From Armatimonadota bacterium (GTDB lineage: Bacteria; Armatimonadota; UBA5829; DTLH01), in assembly GCA_039679675.1 (NCBI GenBank), contig JBDKUN010000033.1, forward strand, positions 64,001 to 128,000: a stretch of DNA of 64,000 nt, read 5' to 3'. The notes beneath the pieces were generated by a model. That model was not told the origin of the DNA, ran no database searches, and saw only the letters and a program-made list of their open reading frames with translations. Below, piece by piece: positions 1 to 10,548 of the stretch (the first letter of the stretch is position 1; the number at the start of each line of letters is the position of its first letter). A program made the translations under genes and the position numbers.

Positions 1-383
1 CTACGGCTGTGGAGCTTACCGGTGATACCCTGGCTGGGAAAGCTGTAATGAAGCGCGTAAGCGCAGAGTTGTATCAGGACGGCAAGCTTGTTGCCAAACT
101 CGTGGCTCCCAATGTCGAGGCTGATGAGAAAACGAGAGTAGTCACTGCGTCCGGCGGGATTATCCTTACATCCACCGTTCCCGAAAGCACGATCCGCACT
201 GTAAAGTGCAATTGGATAAAGTGGTATTCTAAAAGCGACAAGATTGTTGGCAACGGCGGAGTGACGGCGACCGGACCGTTGGCGAAGATAAAGGCCGCGG
301 CGTTTACGGCGGATACGAAGTTGAGGACTGTTAAAGTGACGGCAGATCCTTCCGAGGCTAAAGCCGTAGTTGGGAAGCGCTAA
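1..383 (+). CDS. lptC: LptC-like LPS export protein (5' end probably outside window)
   Basis: Beta-jellyroll-like sequence directly upstream of LptA-like gene and lptB; frame is open from the window edge. Confidence 0.65.
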   Translation, partial: TAVELTGDTLAGKAVMKRVSAELYQDGKLVAKLVAPNVEADEKTRVVTASGGIILTSTVPESTIRTVKCNWIKWYSKSDKIVGNGGVTATGPLAKIKAAAFTADTKLRTVKVTADPSEAKAVVGKR

Positions 384-404
384 GTAGGAAATAAGAGTTC
401 ACAT

Positions 405-980
405 ATGAAGAAAATACTTTGCATATTGCTTCTGGCAGCATTGGCAATTCCGGCTTTTAGCCAACAGAAGCAGCAGATAGGTTCCGTTGTCGTTGAGGGG
501 TTCAAGGACTTGAGTGTGTCCAAAGACCAGGTGACACTCTCCGGCCCCAGGGTTTATATTCGGACGACTGATGGAAAGTTGGAAGCAAAGGCACAGAAGA
601 TAATCATCAAGTTTGGTCCCGGCGGAGCTCAGGGCGGAATGGGCTCTCTCAAGAGCGCGACACTTACGGGCGATGTCTGGATGTTTTCCAAAATCGAAAA
701 AGATAAATCGACCGAGGCCAGAGCGTCGAGCGTCGATATAGACTGGGCAGGGGCAAGGCAGGCCGTTCTGAACGGCAATGTGCAGATAGAGAGCACCGAC
801 CCTTCGATGTTTGCTGAGCCGCTGACTATCACCGCCGACAAGGCCACGGTAAACCTCAAGCCGGATGCGGAATTGAAAGATGGCGAGACCCGGATCAGGA
901 TCGAGAGTGATCCCGGAAAGAGTAAGATGCAGTTTACTCCGGTGGCCAAGCCAAAAACCGAAGAGAATAAGCAGGGCTGA
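405..980 (+). CDS. lptA: LptA/OstA-like periplasmic LPS transport protein
   Basis: Signal peptide [19 protein letters not shown]; OstA-like segments ([16 protein letters not shown]); position before lptB. Confidence 0.65.
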   Translation: MKKILCILLLAALAIPAFSQQKQQIGSVVVEGFKDLSVSKDQVTLSGPRVYIRTTDGKLEAKAQKIIIKFGPGGAQGGMGSLKSATLTGDVWMFSKIEKDKSTEARASSVDIDWAGARQAVLNGNVQIESTDPSMFAEPLTITADKATVNLKPDAELKDGETRIRIESDPGKSKMQFTPVAKPKTEENKQG

Positions 981-987
981 CGCTGGA

Positions 988-1710
988 ATGCAGATAAGAA
1001 CGGAAAATCTGGCGAAGGTGTATCGCGGCAGGCGCGTTGTAGACAGTGTGAGCCTGGATGTCGCGCGCGGCGAGATAGTCGGGCTTCTCGGTCCGAACGG
1101 AGCAGGAAAGACCACCACATTTTACATGATCGTCGGCCTGATAAAGCCGAACGGCGGCCGGGTGTTCCTCGATGACCGCGATATAACCCGGATGCCGATG
1201 TACGGGCGCGCGCGTCTCGGCATCGGTTATTTGGCACAGGAGCCTTCCGTATTCCGCAAGCTGACTGTTGCCCAGAATGTCCTTCTCGTGCTTGAGATGG
1301 CCGGGGTGGGGAAGAAGGAACGGTTGAGAAAGACCGATCAGCTTCTGGATGAGCTTGGACTCCGGCAGTTGAAGGATGAACGCGGCATAGTGCTTTCCGG
1401 CGGAGAGAGAAGGCGCACGGAGATTGCCCGTGCGCTCGCTACCGACCCGGCGTTTATCCTGCTGGATGAGCCGTTTACTGGAGTCGACCCGATAGCGATA
1501 GACGATATTCAGACCACGATAGCAAGGCTCCGCTCGGAGAAGAACATAGGGATACTTATCACTGACCACAACGTGCGGGCAACGCTCAAGATCACGGACC
1601 GGGCTTATATCATATCCGAAGGCAAGATTGCTACATCAGGCCCAGCGGCCGAGCTTCCAAACGATCCCATCGCGAAGAAGTACTACCTCGGCGAACGGTT
1701 TGAGATGTGA
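988..1710 (+). CDS. lptB: LPS export ABC transporter ATPase
   Basis: [40 protein letters not shown]-terminal YLGERF; start moved to ATG 988. Confidence 0.95.
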   Translation: MQIRTENLAKVYRGRRVVDSVSLDVARGEIVGLLGPNGAGKTTTFYMIVGLIKPNGGRVFLDDRDITRMPMYGRARLGIGYLAQEPSVFRKLTVAQNVLLVLEMAGVGKKERLRKTDQLLDELGLRQLKDERGIVLSGGERRRTEIARALATDPAFILLDEPFTGVDPIAIDDIQTTIARLRSEKNIGILITDHNVRATLKITDRAYIISEGKIATSGPAAELPNDPIAKKYYLGERFEM

Positions 1711-1719
1711 GGCCGACAC

Positions 1720-2826
1720 GTGAAAATACTTGACCGTTTCATCAGCTCCGAGTTGATCGCACCTTTTTTCTTCGGAGTCGCAGCATTCACTTCCATCTTT
1801 TTCGCAGGCTCGTATCTGATGAAGCTGACCAGCCAGGTGCTTGCCGGTACGCCGGTTACAACAGCCATAATTCTGCTTGTACTGTATCTTCCATCCATAA
1901 TTGTTTTCACGCTCCCGATGTCGGCGCTTCTCGCGGTGCTTGTAGCTTTCAGCCGGCTTTCCAGTGAAAGCGAAGTCATTGCGCTTTACGCGGGCGGTGT
2001 CAGCATCTACCGGGCTATTGCCCCTGTCGTTGCGCTTGGGATTATAGTCACGGGAATCACATTCGGTCTGAGTGAGGTCATCGTGCCGAACGCCAACAGT
2101 CTCTCTCAGGATATACAAGCGCATATTTTGAAGGAAGAAGTCTCGACAGGAAAGCCTTTCGTTGTTATTGACAAAACCTCCAACTCAACCATTTATGTGC
2201 ACGGTGGGTTCAGTGCTAAAACAAAAACCATGCGCGATGTGACGATTACACGTTATAATGAGAATGAGCCGAGCATACTTTTCCAGGCGCGTGAAGCACG
2301 TTGGGAAGGCGAGAACAAGTGGGGGTCGAATGACTGGGGCCTGTACGATGGTAAGATGTACGCGCTTAGGCCGGATGGTTCCGGGGTTTCTGCGACATTC
2401 GAGGGGCTGAAGTCCAAGCAGATCAAGTTGAACCAGGACCCGCGTGATATTGTGCTGCATCAGAAGAAACCTGAAGACATGACCTTCAGAGAGTTGAGGC
2501 AGCAGGTAGATACTCTTTCAGACGGAGGAGTCCGGCCAGAGGAACTGCGAGAGCTTGAGGTAGATATGTATAATAAGCTCGCAATCCCGATTGCCGGGCT
2601 GGTTTTCGCGTTGATCGCGGCGCCTCTTGCAATAAGACCGGCAAGGGCCGGGGCATCGGTCGGTATAGGACTGAGCATTCTGATAATATTCGGCTATTGG
2701 CTCACGTGGCATATTACATCTGCGTTTGCCATACAGGGAGGAATCCCTCCTATAGTCGGCGCGTTTGTTGCTGATATACTGGGGCTTGCACTGGGCGTTA
2801 TCCTTTTGCTCCGAACGGCGAAATAG
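1720..2826 (+). CDS. LptF/LptG family permease
   Basis: MKILDRFI start, LPMSALLAVL..RLSSESE..GVS motif, 3+3 TM layout. Confidence 0.92.
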   Translation: MKILDRFISSELIAPFFFGVAAFTSIFFAGSYLMKLTSQVLAGTPVTTAIILLVLYLPSIIVFTLPMSALLAVLVAFSRLSSESEVIALYAGGVSIYRAIAPVVALGIIVTGITFGLSEVIVPNANSLSQDIQAHILKEEVSTGKPFVVIDKTSNSTIYVHGGFSAKTKTMRDVTITRYNENEPSILFQAREARWEGENKWGSNDWGLYDGKMYALRPDGSGVSATFEGLKSKQIKLNQDPRDIVLHQKKPEDMTFRELRQQVDTLSDGGVRPEELRELEVDMYNKLAIPIAGLVFALIAAPLAIRPARAGASVGIGLSILIIFGYWLTWHITSAFAIQGGIPPIVGAFVADILGLALGVILLLRTAK

Positions 2827-2830
2827 GTGA

Positions 2831-4318
2831 GTGATTAGAGTGACATATACTGTGCTCTTTATAGTAACACTGATAGCGGTATCCGGGTTGATCGCGTATC
2901 TTGGCGATCTGCTTGGACGTCGGATGGGTAAGCACCGGCTCACGCTGTTCGGACTGCGTCCACGCCATACCGCAGTTGTTATGACCACGATCACCGGAAT
3001 GCTCATTGCAGGGCTTACTTTTGCTACACTCATCGCCACAAGCTCAAGTCTCCGAGATGTGTTGATACACGGTGAGCAGCTTGCAAAAGATAACGAGATT
3101 TACCAGGCAAAAAACAAAGAGCTGCATAACAGTAATGTCAATCTTACCGCTACAAGCAGCAGGCTCTCCAGAGAAGTCCGTGAGAAATCGAAGCAGGTGG
3201 CTGCAGCCCGGAAAGAGGCGGAGAACGCGCTTAAGGCGAGAAACGAAGTCCGGCTGCATGTAAAGCAACTGCAGGCTGAGATCAAGAAAAGCCAAATAGA
3301 ACTTTTTAAATTGAGCCGCACCGGAAAATTGACCGAAAATCGGCTGAAGGTAATATCTGCAAGTCTCAGAAACCGTAAAAAGGAGCTTGCCTCAGTCAGA
3401 GCGAACCTTGCTAAAAAGGACAGCGAACTCATCGAGAAGCTGAATGACCTCGTCGAGAAAGATTCTGAGCTTGCCGAGAAGAAATCCGAGCTTCAGGATA
3501 AAGAGGTAAGCATCACAAGGGCCGAAAACACGATCAAGGAGCACGAAGCGCTTATACAGGAACAGCAGCTGTATCTCAGACGTGCTGTTCGGCTTACAGA
3601 CCTGCTTTTGACAGGCGATGTCGTCATACAGCAGGGACAGGAGCTTGACCGCAGGGTAATCAACAGCTCTCTTTCTCCGTCTGAACTTCGCGCCGAGTTC
3701 GTCAGCATGCTCGATGAAGCAAATGATAAAGCAAAGAAGGCAAATGCAGGGCCAAACGACGGGAAGTCCCGCAGCGTGCAGCTTGTTTACAGTGATAAGG
3801 CTACCGGCGCATTCAGCGATGACGAGAAAGCCGGTATAGATGAAGCCGTAAACGCTATCATCGAACAGGGCAAGGATAGCCAGGTGAAAAGTGTTCTGGC
3901 ACAGCTTATTGTTGTAAATAACACCCTGAAAGGCGAGAAGGCGCTTGTAAAACTGAGGTTTTACTGGAACACTTTGAAATTCCAGCGCGGGCAGAATATT
4001 GCGAGCCGCACTATAGACGGCAGTATGTCAGAAGGCAGGATTTTACTCTCTGTGATGGATTTTTTGCGCGAAAACGTGAGATCATCAGCGGAGAAAGCCG
4101 GAATCGTGCCGGTAGCAAATCCTGACCCTGAAGAGGTTGGAGAGCCGATATCGAGCAAGCAGTTCGATGATGTCATGGAACTTGTTGAGAATATCAGCAA
4201 GCTCGGCAGGAAGGTGGAAATTCGCGCAGTGGCTCGGAAGGACATCTACGCTGCAGGCCCTCTCAATCTGGACAGCATCGGCTTTGCTATCAATACTATG
4301 ACTTCCGCATCGAGATAA
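2831..4318 (+). CDS. DUF3084 domain coiled-coil membrane protein
   Basis: GLIAYLGDLLGRRMGKHRLTLFGLRPRHTA signature followed by a long coiled coil. Confidence 0.85.
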   Translation: MIRVTYTVLFIVTLIAVSGLIAYLGDLLGRRMGKHRLTLFGLRPRHTAVVMTTITGMLIAGLTFATLIATSSSLRDVLIHGEQLAKDNEIYQAKNKELHNSNVNLTATSSRLSREVREKSKQVAAARKEAENALKARNEVRLHVKQLQAEIKKSQIELFKLSRTGKLTENRLKVISASLRNRKKELASVRANLAKKDSELIEKLNDLVEKDSELAEKKSELQDKEVSITRAENTIKEHEALIQEQQLYLRRAVRLTDLLLTGDVVIQQGQELDRRVINSSLSPSELRAEFVSMLDEANDKAKKANAGPNDGKSRSVQLVYSDKATGAFSDDEKAGIDEAVNAIIEQGKDSQVKSVLAQLIVVNNTLKGEKALVKLRFYWNTLKFQRGQNIASRTIDGSMSEGRILLSVMDFLRENVRSSAEKAGIVPVANPDPEEVGEPISSKQFDDVMELVENISKLGRKVEIRAVARKDIYAAGPLNLDSIGFAINTMTSASR

Positions 4319-4322
4319 GGCC

Positions 4323-4718
4323 GTGATTACAGTCCTCGCTGTCGACCCCGGACGTTCAAAGTGCGGTATTGCTGTTGTTTCCAGCGCTGATGGCATCCTC
4401 CATCGAGCTGTAATAGCTACAAATGACCTGCCCGGCGCAGTTACTTCACTTATCACCCGGTTCAGCCCGGAAGTTATGGTTATAGGGTCAGGGACCGGCT
4501 CGCAAGAAGCTATTTCCTCACTTGGCGATCTGGAAGTGCCTGTCAGAGTAGTAAACGAGAGACACAGCACAGAAGAAGCCCGCGCACGTTACTTCAAGGA
4601 CAATCCTCCGCGCGGTTGGCGAAAATATGTCCCGATTGGGCTTCAAACTCCGCCGCAACCCTATGATGACTATGCTGCAGTCGTGCTTGCTGAGGAGTAT
4701 TTGGAGAGAACAGAATAA
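4323..4718 (+). CDS. YqgF/RuvX-like RNase H-fold nuclease
   Basis: LAVDPGRSKCGIAV, VNERHSTEEAR, DDYAAVVLA. Confidence 0.85.
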   Translation: MITVLAVDPGRSKCGIAVVSSADGILHRAVIATNDLPGAVTSLITRFSPEVMVIGSGTGSQEAISSLGDLEVPVRVVNERHSTEEARARYFKDNPPRGWRKYVPIGLQTPPQPYDDYAAVVLAEEYLERTE

Positions 4719-4749
4719 ATTTGGAGTGCGGAAGCGTTAGCTTCACTGC

Positions 4750-5865
4750 TTATCCTCCCTCTACATACACCCGAGGCAGAAGCGGATTTGTTGTGACTCT
4801 TCTTGCAGGAATTATCACTTCGTCTCCGATAGCTGCGTCTGGAATATGCGTTACATCGACTGAGCACATCTGCATGGCTATTCTTCCGGCGACAGGGGCT
4901 CTCTTACCCCTTATAGTGACTGTCAGAGCAGGTTTTTTCATAAGTTTCTGTGCAACTAATCGCAACACCCCGCGCCGCGCCAGACTCTCCGGCGCCAGAG
5001 TCAGCCCATCTGCCCATCCAAGCGGTATTACGGCGATTCTGCTCTCCTTTTTTGTGCGATGTTCTGCTCCATACCCGATTGCATACCCCGCAGGGACGGT
5101 TTTTATAAAGCTTATTCGTGCTTTCAACTTCCAGGTGTTCTTCAGATCCAGAGTTCGCGGTACATAACGGGAAGGATACTGGCCGTAGAGGATAGTCCCC
5201 GGCCGGACCATGTCGAAATGGGAGTCCGGCAGGCGAAGGATTGCCGAGCTGTTTGCCGCGTGGACTATGCCAGGGTCAAGAAACGCCTGCTTGATGGCCT
5301 GTACAGCATTGTTAAACTTTTCGAGTTGTTCCTTAGCAGAACTCATATCTTTCTCTGCTGCGGTGGCAAGGTGGGTATACGTCCCTGCGTGATTAACACC
5401 CTCAGTAGCGGCAATCATGCGGGCGAGATCAACGGCTTTGGACGGCAGCACGCCGAGTCTTCCCATCCCGGTATCGATCTTCAGATGTACACCAATCGTC
5501 TTGTGTGCTTCGCAGGCAGCTGCTCCAAGTGTTGCGACAAGCTCTGGGGTACAGATGGTGCATTCTGCATCGAGTTTTACGGCTTCAGCGGCTGCTCCTG
5601 GCTGGATGGAGTCGAATACGAGTACCGGCGCGGTGATGCCGCCGTCACGGAGGCGCGCAGCTTCTTCGAGCCGCGTCACAGCGAGAGAATCGGCTCCGGC
5701 ATTTAAAATAGCCCTGGATGTCTCGACTTCGCCATGACCGTAAGCGTTGGCCTTGACGACAGCCATCATCCGCACGTTGTCCCCGATGAGGGACCTGATT
5801 TGCCCGACGTTATGTTTTATCGCGTCGAGATCGACTTCCACCCAAGCATCCCGCTCATAATTCAT
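4750..5865 (-). CDS. alr: Alanine racemase family protein (divergent paralog)
   Basis: AVVKANAYGHG PLP lysine, HLKIDTGMGRLG, HAANS, DMVRPG, IGYG. Confidence 0.9.
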   Translation of the reverse strand: MNYERDAWVEVDLDAIKHNVGQIRSLIGDNVRMMAVVKANAYGHGEVETSRAILNAGADSLAVTRLEEAARLRDGGITAPVLVFDSIQPGAAAEAVKLDAECTICTPELVATLGAAACEAHKTIGVHLKIDTGMGRLGVLPSKAVDLARMIAATEGVNHAGTYTHLATAAEKDMSSAKEQLEKFNNAVQAIKQAFLDPGIVHAANSSAILRLPDSHFDMVRPGTILYGQYPSRYVPRTLDLKNTWKLKARISFIKTVPAGYAIGYGAEHRTKKESRIAVIPLGWADGLTLAPESLARRGVLRLVAQKLMKKPALTVTIRGKRAPVAGRIAMQMCSVDVTHIPDAAIGDEVIIPARRVTTNPLLPRVYVEGG

Positions 5866-5960
5866 TAATTTGCGTCCTTTGCGATCTACGGATAAGAAAA
5901 AGCGAAGCGCTTTATGCTCCTACATCATATCACATTATACAAGGCTGTTCGCCAGGCGCT

Positions 5961-6121
5961 GTAAGAGTTCACTCTTGCAAGAATTATATATCAACCTGAA
6001 CAACCAGCGCGTCATCATGGATGGAAGCACGTCACCCTGAACTTGATTCAGGGTCCATTTTCTTCCTGGATGCTGAGTCAAGCTCAGCATGACGTTGTAC
6101 TCATCAACTCTGAACTATTAC
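5961..6121. mobile_element. MITE-like element copy 1 containing double-hairpin REP (family A)
   Basis: Ends GTAAGAGTTCA / TGAACTATTAC (inverted, 1 mismatch); body shared with 12057-12218. Confidence 0.65.
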
Positions 6122-6230
6122 CAGGAGCTTTACTCATCACAGTCTAGCATTTATTATAATATCTGAGACAAGTTGGCTCAGATATAAAGGAGATTTGCCG
6201 CATCATCAAGGCGCGGCATTGGAGCAAAAA

Positions 6231-7481
6231 ATGAAAGGCAGGATCACAAAGGTGTGTATTGCAGGTCTGCTGTGCAGTGGACTGATAATGTCCACGTGTG
6301 CGGCTTATGCGGGCGAAAGTAAAAGAAACTACGATTTTGACGGCAAAATCTCGCAGGAAGTGCTTCGAAATTACCTGTCCAGGGCCGTCACGATCAACGG
6401 GCTCAGTTTCAGCCCTCAAAAAGAAGATGACATCCGTATGGTCAAGAACATCGGTGCGAAGTTTCTTGGCCGTGTTGCTTATATATGGGGCAATCCCTGG
6501 GGTGATGAATCAGGCTACTGGCATGAGATGAAAGCCGTCGCGGAGCGGCTGCATAAGGACGACCCGCAGTATATAATTCAAGCCTGTATATTCGAGGCCA
6601 TCCATCCGGGGATAGACAATGTGCCTGTTCCTGACTGGGTATTCAAAGAGTTCGGCCTGAAACCGGAGCATCGGAATTTCAGATATAAAGACACGCTTTT
6701 TGACAACGACAAGATGGCTGGCAAATGGGGAAGCGATGGTTCGGTCCCTGATATAAGCAAACTGGAAACGAAAATGTGGTTCTTCTACCGCGCGAAGATG
6801 TACATTGACTGTGGGTATGAGGGGCTTCACCTGGGGCAGATAGGTATGATCGGCAGAGCTGACCCCGGCTATAAGAACTGGAAAGATGTCATCGACCGGA
6901 TTCGCCGCTATGCCGCTAAGCACGCAAGACGGCATTACATAATCATCGATGCGCATGTAAATGTTCAAAATGACGGGAATGTGCCGGTAGTAGCCGGCAA
7001 AATACTGCTAGATTTCTTCAGTTTCCCGACTCGTCCGGTGGAGGTTCCCGGAGAACCGATGAAAGCTGTATTAAAAGTCGGACATGCCGATACTATTTAT
7101 AAGAGAAGTCCTGGAGGTATTCACCCGAGCGGGTGGAAGTGTGAGCATGTGCCGACTCTGGTGGAGTTCGATCAGTGCCATGCGAGCGGCAGGGAAGGAC
7201 AGCCGAATCTTGGCACGCCTTTCGTCTGGGGATATGAAGAGGCGACATGGTTTGCCCACCAGCCGGAAGAATATCGGAATGAATGGCTCAGATACGCCTG
7301 GAAATGGCTGAAAGAGAACGACCCGAACTGCCATTTCCAAATGCCGGGCAGTATTCCTATGCAAGTTCCGATAGATGGAGACAATTGGTACAGGGCGAAT
7401 ACCAAAAGTGCTGCGAGCCCGCATGGGTTCAGCCAGGAAGAGACCATCAAGGCTATCTGGGCGGCAGATAGCGGTAAATAG
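6231..7481 (+). CDS. Secreted hypothetical protein, possibly a glycoside-hydrolase-like fold
   Basis: GGAG SD before ATG 6231, signal peptide ending AYA, Trp/Tyr-rich long ORF; family not recognised. Confidence 0.65.
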   Translation: MKGRITKVCIAGLLCSGLIMSTCAAYAGESKRNYDFDGKISQEVLRNYLSRAVTINGLSFSPQKEDDIRMVKNIGAKFLGRVAYIWGNPWGDESGYWHEMKAVAERLHKDDPQYIIQACIFEAIHPGIDNVPVPDWVFKEFGLKPEHRNFRYKDTLFDNDKMAGKWGSDGSVPDISKLETKMWFFYRAKMYIDCGYEGLHLGQIGMIGRADPGYKNWKDVIDRIRRYAAKHARRHYIIIDAHVNVQNDGNVPVVAGKILLDFFSFPTRPVEVPGEPMKAVLKVGHADTIYKRSPGGIHPSGWKCEHVPTLVEFDQCHASGREGQPNLGTPFVWGYEEATWFAHQPEEYRNEWLRYAWKWLKENDPNCHFQMPGSIPMQVPIDGDNWYRANTKSAASPHGFSQEETIKAIWAADSGK

Positions 7482-7501
7482 AAAATAGACAGGGGAAAGA
7501 T

Positions 7502-8581
7502 ATGACTCGCGTTTATAACTTCAATGCAGGCCCGGCTGCTCTTCCGCTTCCGGTGCTCAAAAAAGCACAGGCGGAGATGCTGGATGCTTGCAACACCGGG
7601 ATGTCGATTATGGAGATATCCCACAGATCAAGGGAATTCGATGCCGTGATCGAAAGCGCCGAAGCAAATGTCCGCAGGCTTCTGGGCATAACGGATGATT
7701 ACTCGGTCCTGTTCCTTCAGGGCGGCGCGAGCATGCAGTTTGCCATGATCCCGCTGAATTTGCGGAGAGAAGGCCGTGCAGCTGATTATGTAAACACCGG
7801 TGTCTGGGCATCGAAGGCTATAAATGAAGCAAAGATCGGCGGAAAGGTCCACGTCGCCTGGGACGGGCGGGATGAGAACTATATCCGCACTCCAAATGAA
7901 GACGAACTGAATTTCACCCACGGAGCTGAGTATGTTCACATCTGCTCAAACGAGACTGTAGGCGGAATACGCTTTCCAATGTTTCCCCGGACTGAAGCGC
8001 CGCTCATCGCCGATATGTCGAGCGAGATTATGTCGCGCGTAATCGATGTAAACCGGTTCGGGATGATCTATGCAGGCGCTCAGAAGAACCTGGGGCCATC
8101 AGGACTTGCGCTGGTAATCATCAGAAAAGACCTGATAGAACGCAGCCCTGAGACGATCAATATATTCCTGCGCTACAAGACCCATGCTGAGGGGAAAAGC
8201 CTCTATAACACGCCGAATACATGGGCTATTTACATACTGAAACTTGTCACGGACTGGGTGGAGGACCTCGGCGGGCTTCCCGCGATGCAGTCGATAAACG
8301 AAGAGAAGGCCGGGATACTCTACAACACGCTTGATTCCAGCTCTTTCTGGACTGTCCCTGTTTCAAAAGAAAGCCGGTCGATAATGAACATCGTCTGGCG
8401 GCTTCCCAGCACAGAACTCGAAGATATGTTCCTTCCAGAAGCCAAAACAGCCGGGTTTGTGGGGCTGAAAGGCCACCGTTTGGTCGGCGGAATCCGCGCA
8501 AGCATCTACAACGCCGTCTCAAAGGATGCTGTAATAGCGCTCGCAGAGTTCATGAGTGACTTCGAGAAGAGAAGGGGATAG
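7502..8581 (+). CDS. serC: Phosphoserine aminotransferase
   Basis: YNFNAGPAALP, EISHRS, FLQGGAS, YAGAQKNLGP, GHRLVGGIRASIYNA. Confidence 0.97.
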   Translation: MTRVYNFNAGPAALPLPVLKKAQAEMLDACNTGMSIMEISHRSREFDAVIESAEANVRRLLGITDDYSVLFLQGGASMQFAMIPLNLRREGRAADYVNTGVWASKAINEAKIGGKVHVAWDGRDENYIRTPNEDELNFTHGAEYVHICSNETVGGIRFPMFPRTEAPLIADMSSEIMSRVIDVNRFGMIYAGAQKNLGPSGLALVIIRKDLIERSPETINIFLRYKTHAEGKSLYNTPNTWAIYILKLVTDWVEDLGGLPAMQSINEEKAGILYNTLDSSSFWTVPVSKESRSIMNIVWRLPSTELEDMFLPEAKTAGFVGLKGHRLVGGIRASIYNAVSKDAVIALAEFMSDFEKRRG

Positions 8582-8688
8582 GGTTGGGGGTCTTTTTCGA
8601 CTATCCCAGGGTAAACGCATCTGAGTATAGAAGAGGCAAGATGGAGAATTGGGGTCAGTGTGAATGGTGCAAGTCTCTACCAATTTCT

Positions 8689-8923
8689 TTGGAGTGCGGA
8701 AGCGGCAGCTTCCGCTTTTCTATCAACATTCTCTTTTGAAACGCGAATTACGCGGATTTAGCGGATATCACGAATGGTAGAGACTTAAAACATCTACAAT
8801 AAGACCCTCAAGTCTTCATCAATCCCTTTTTACTTTGCTTCGGACCGCTTGCTGCCGAAGCCGACGCCGTAGGTGTCGAGTTTCGAATTTTTCGCGCTTC
8901 TTCGCGCATTTCGCGATTCAGGA
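8689..8923. repeat. Composite intergenic cluster of short palindromic repeats
   Basis: TTGGAGTGCGGAAGC..GCTTC (also ~4720); AAACGCGAATTACGCGGATT (inverse at ~50245-50276); GCTTCGGACCGCTTGCTGCCGAAGC (also ~34237, ~49277); TTCGCG..TTCGCGATTCA (also ~25075). Confidence 0.7.
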
Positions 8924-8971
8924 TCTTCGATGCCGTTTCGAAATATGGTGCGTTTGCCCTTCGACTACTCC

Positions 8972-9001
8972 TTGACTCCATCCAAGCTTGCTTGCTATAG
9001 T
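8972..9001 (+). promoter_or_regulatory. Sigma70-type promoter for tldD-tldE
   Basis: TTGACT-18-TATAGT with a TG extended -10. Confidence 0.5.
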
Positions 9002-9066
9002 TTCAAAGGTAGTGCGGCTGGGTACGAACAACCAACCACTCAAAGCGGAGGGGGGATTACGTCAGA

Positions 9067-10548
9067 TTGAAAGAGTTTACTGAGAAAGTCCTGCAGAAAG
9101 CAAAGGACCTCGGCGCGAGCTATGCCGATGTCCGGATCGTCCGCACTAAAAATGAGGCGATCAACGTTAAAAACGGCAAGGTCGATGCTCTTGCCGGATC
9201 AGATGATTATGGTTTTGGAGTAAGAGTCATTGTAGACGGCGCATGGGGGTTTTCATCCAGCTTCGTTGTCTCGCCTGAAGAAGGGGAGCGCGTCGCAGCG
9301 GAAGCTGTACGCATAGCCAGAGCAAGCGCCAGGGTCAAGAAGAGTGATGTCAAGCTGGCGCCGGTAGAGCCTGCGGAAGGCAAGTTCAAGAGCGATTGGA
9401 AGACCGATCCGTTCGAAGTCCCGCTCGAAGACAAGATAAACCTTCTGCTGGAAGCTGACAAGATAGTCCGGGAACAGCCGGAAGTGAAAATATCCGAAGG
9501 TTCGATGGACTTCTATCGGTTCGACAGCACTTTCGCAAGCACTGAAGGCAGCTATATAGAACAGACAAAGATAGAAAGCGGCGCGGGGATAACTGCGACG
9601 GCAATCGAAGCCGGAGAAATGCAGCGGCGGTCGTATCCGGGCTCATTCGGAGGCGACTATGCCTCGCAGGGTTACGAATTTGTAGAAAGTTGGGACCTTA
9701 CTGCACATGCAGAGGAGACCGCAAAGAGCGCAGCAGACCTTCTGAAAGCTCCGCAGTGTCCGTCGGACAGACGCGATCTCATCCTTGAGGGGAGTATGCT
9801 CGCCCTGCAGGTCCATGAGTCCTGCGGACATCCGGTAGAGCTGGACAGAGTCTTCGGCACAGAAGCGTCATTCGCAGGAACGAGCTTCCTGACCCCTGAG
9901 AAGCTGAATAACTTCCGCTACGGCTCCGATGAGGTCAACATAGTGGCAGATGCAACAGCTCCCGGCGGCCTTGGCACATTCGCCTATGATGACGAAGGCG
10001 TTCCCGCGCAGTGCGTGGACGTAGTAAAAGAAGGTATCTTCTCCGGGTACCTCTCATCCAGAGAGACCGCAGCTCAGTTGGGATTGAACGCAAGCGGCGG
10101 CGCGATGAGGGCTGACGGTTGGAGCAGGATTCCTATCATCAGGATGACCAACGTCAATTTGAAGCCCGGAGACTGGACGCTCGATGAGATCATTAAAGAC
10201 ACCAAGAAAGGCATTTATGCCGAGATGGTCCAGTCCTGGAGCATAGACGACAAACGGCTCAACTTCCAGTTCGGAACGGAAGTCGCTTACGAGATAACCG
10301 ACGGCAGTCTCGGAAGAATGCTCAAAAACCCGACTTATACCGGGATCACATACGAGTTCTGGCGCAGCTGCGATGCTGTTGCCGGAAAAGACGAGTGGCA
10401 TTTGTGGGGCGTGCCGAACTGCGGCAAGGGAGAGCCCGGTCAGACCGCACATGTCGGTCACGGAGTTGCTCCGTCAAGGTTCAAGAACGTGCGGATAGGG
10501 GTTATGGAATCTCCTTCCGGCGAGTCGGAGGGTGAAGATAATGAGTAA
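9067..10548 (+). CDS. tldD: TldD metalloprotease (copy 1)
   Basis: HESCGH zinc motif, DDEG, RMTN, NCGKGEP; TTG start with GGAGG SD. Confidence 0.93.
   Translation: MKEFTEKVLQKAKDLGASYADVRIVRTKNEAINVKNGKVDALAGSDDYGFGVRVIVDGAWGFSSSFVVSPEEGERVAAEAVRIARASARVKKSDVKLAPVEPAEGKFKSDWKTDPFEVPLEDKINLLLEADKIVREQPEVKISEGSMDFYRFDSTFASTEGSYIEQTKIESGAGITATAIEAGEMQRRSYPGSFGGDYASQGYEFVESWDLTAHAEETAKSAADLLKAPQCPSDRRDLILEGSMLALQVHESCGHPVELDRVFGTEASFAGTSFLTPEKLNNFRYGSDEVNIVADATAPGGLGTFAYDDEGVPAQCVDVVKEGIFSGYLSSRETAAQLGLNASGGAMRADGWSRIPIIRMTNVNLKPGDWTLDEIIKDTKKGIYAEMVQSWSIDDKRLNFQFGTEVAYEITDGSLGRMLKNPTYTGITYEFWRSCDAVAGKDEWHLWGVPNCGKGEPGQTAHVGHGVAPSRFKNVRIGVMESPSGESEGEDNE

Noticed and set aside
8873..9070. Small ORFs over repeat clusters (also 24923-25135, 34058-34444, 22062-22208)
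   Set aside because: They are translations of palindromic repeat DNA without SD or coding features.
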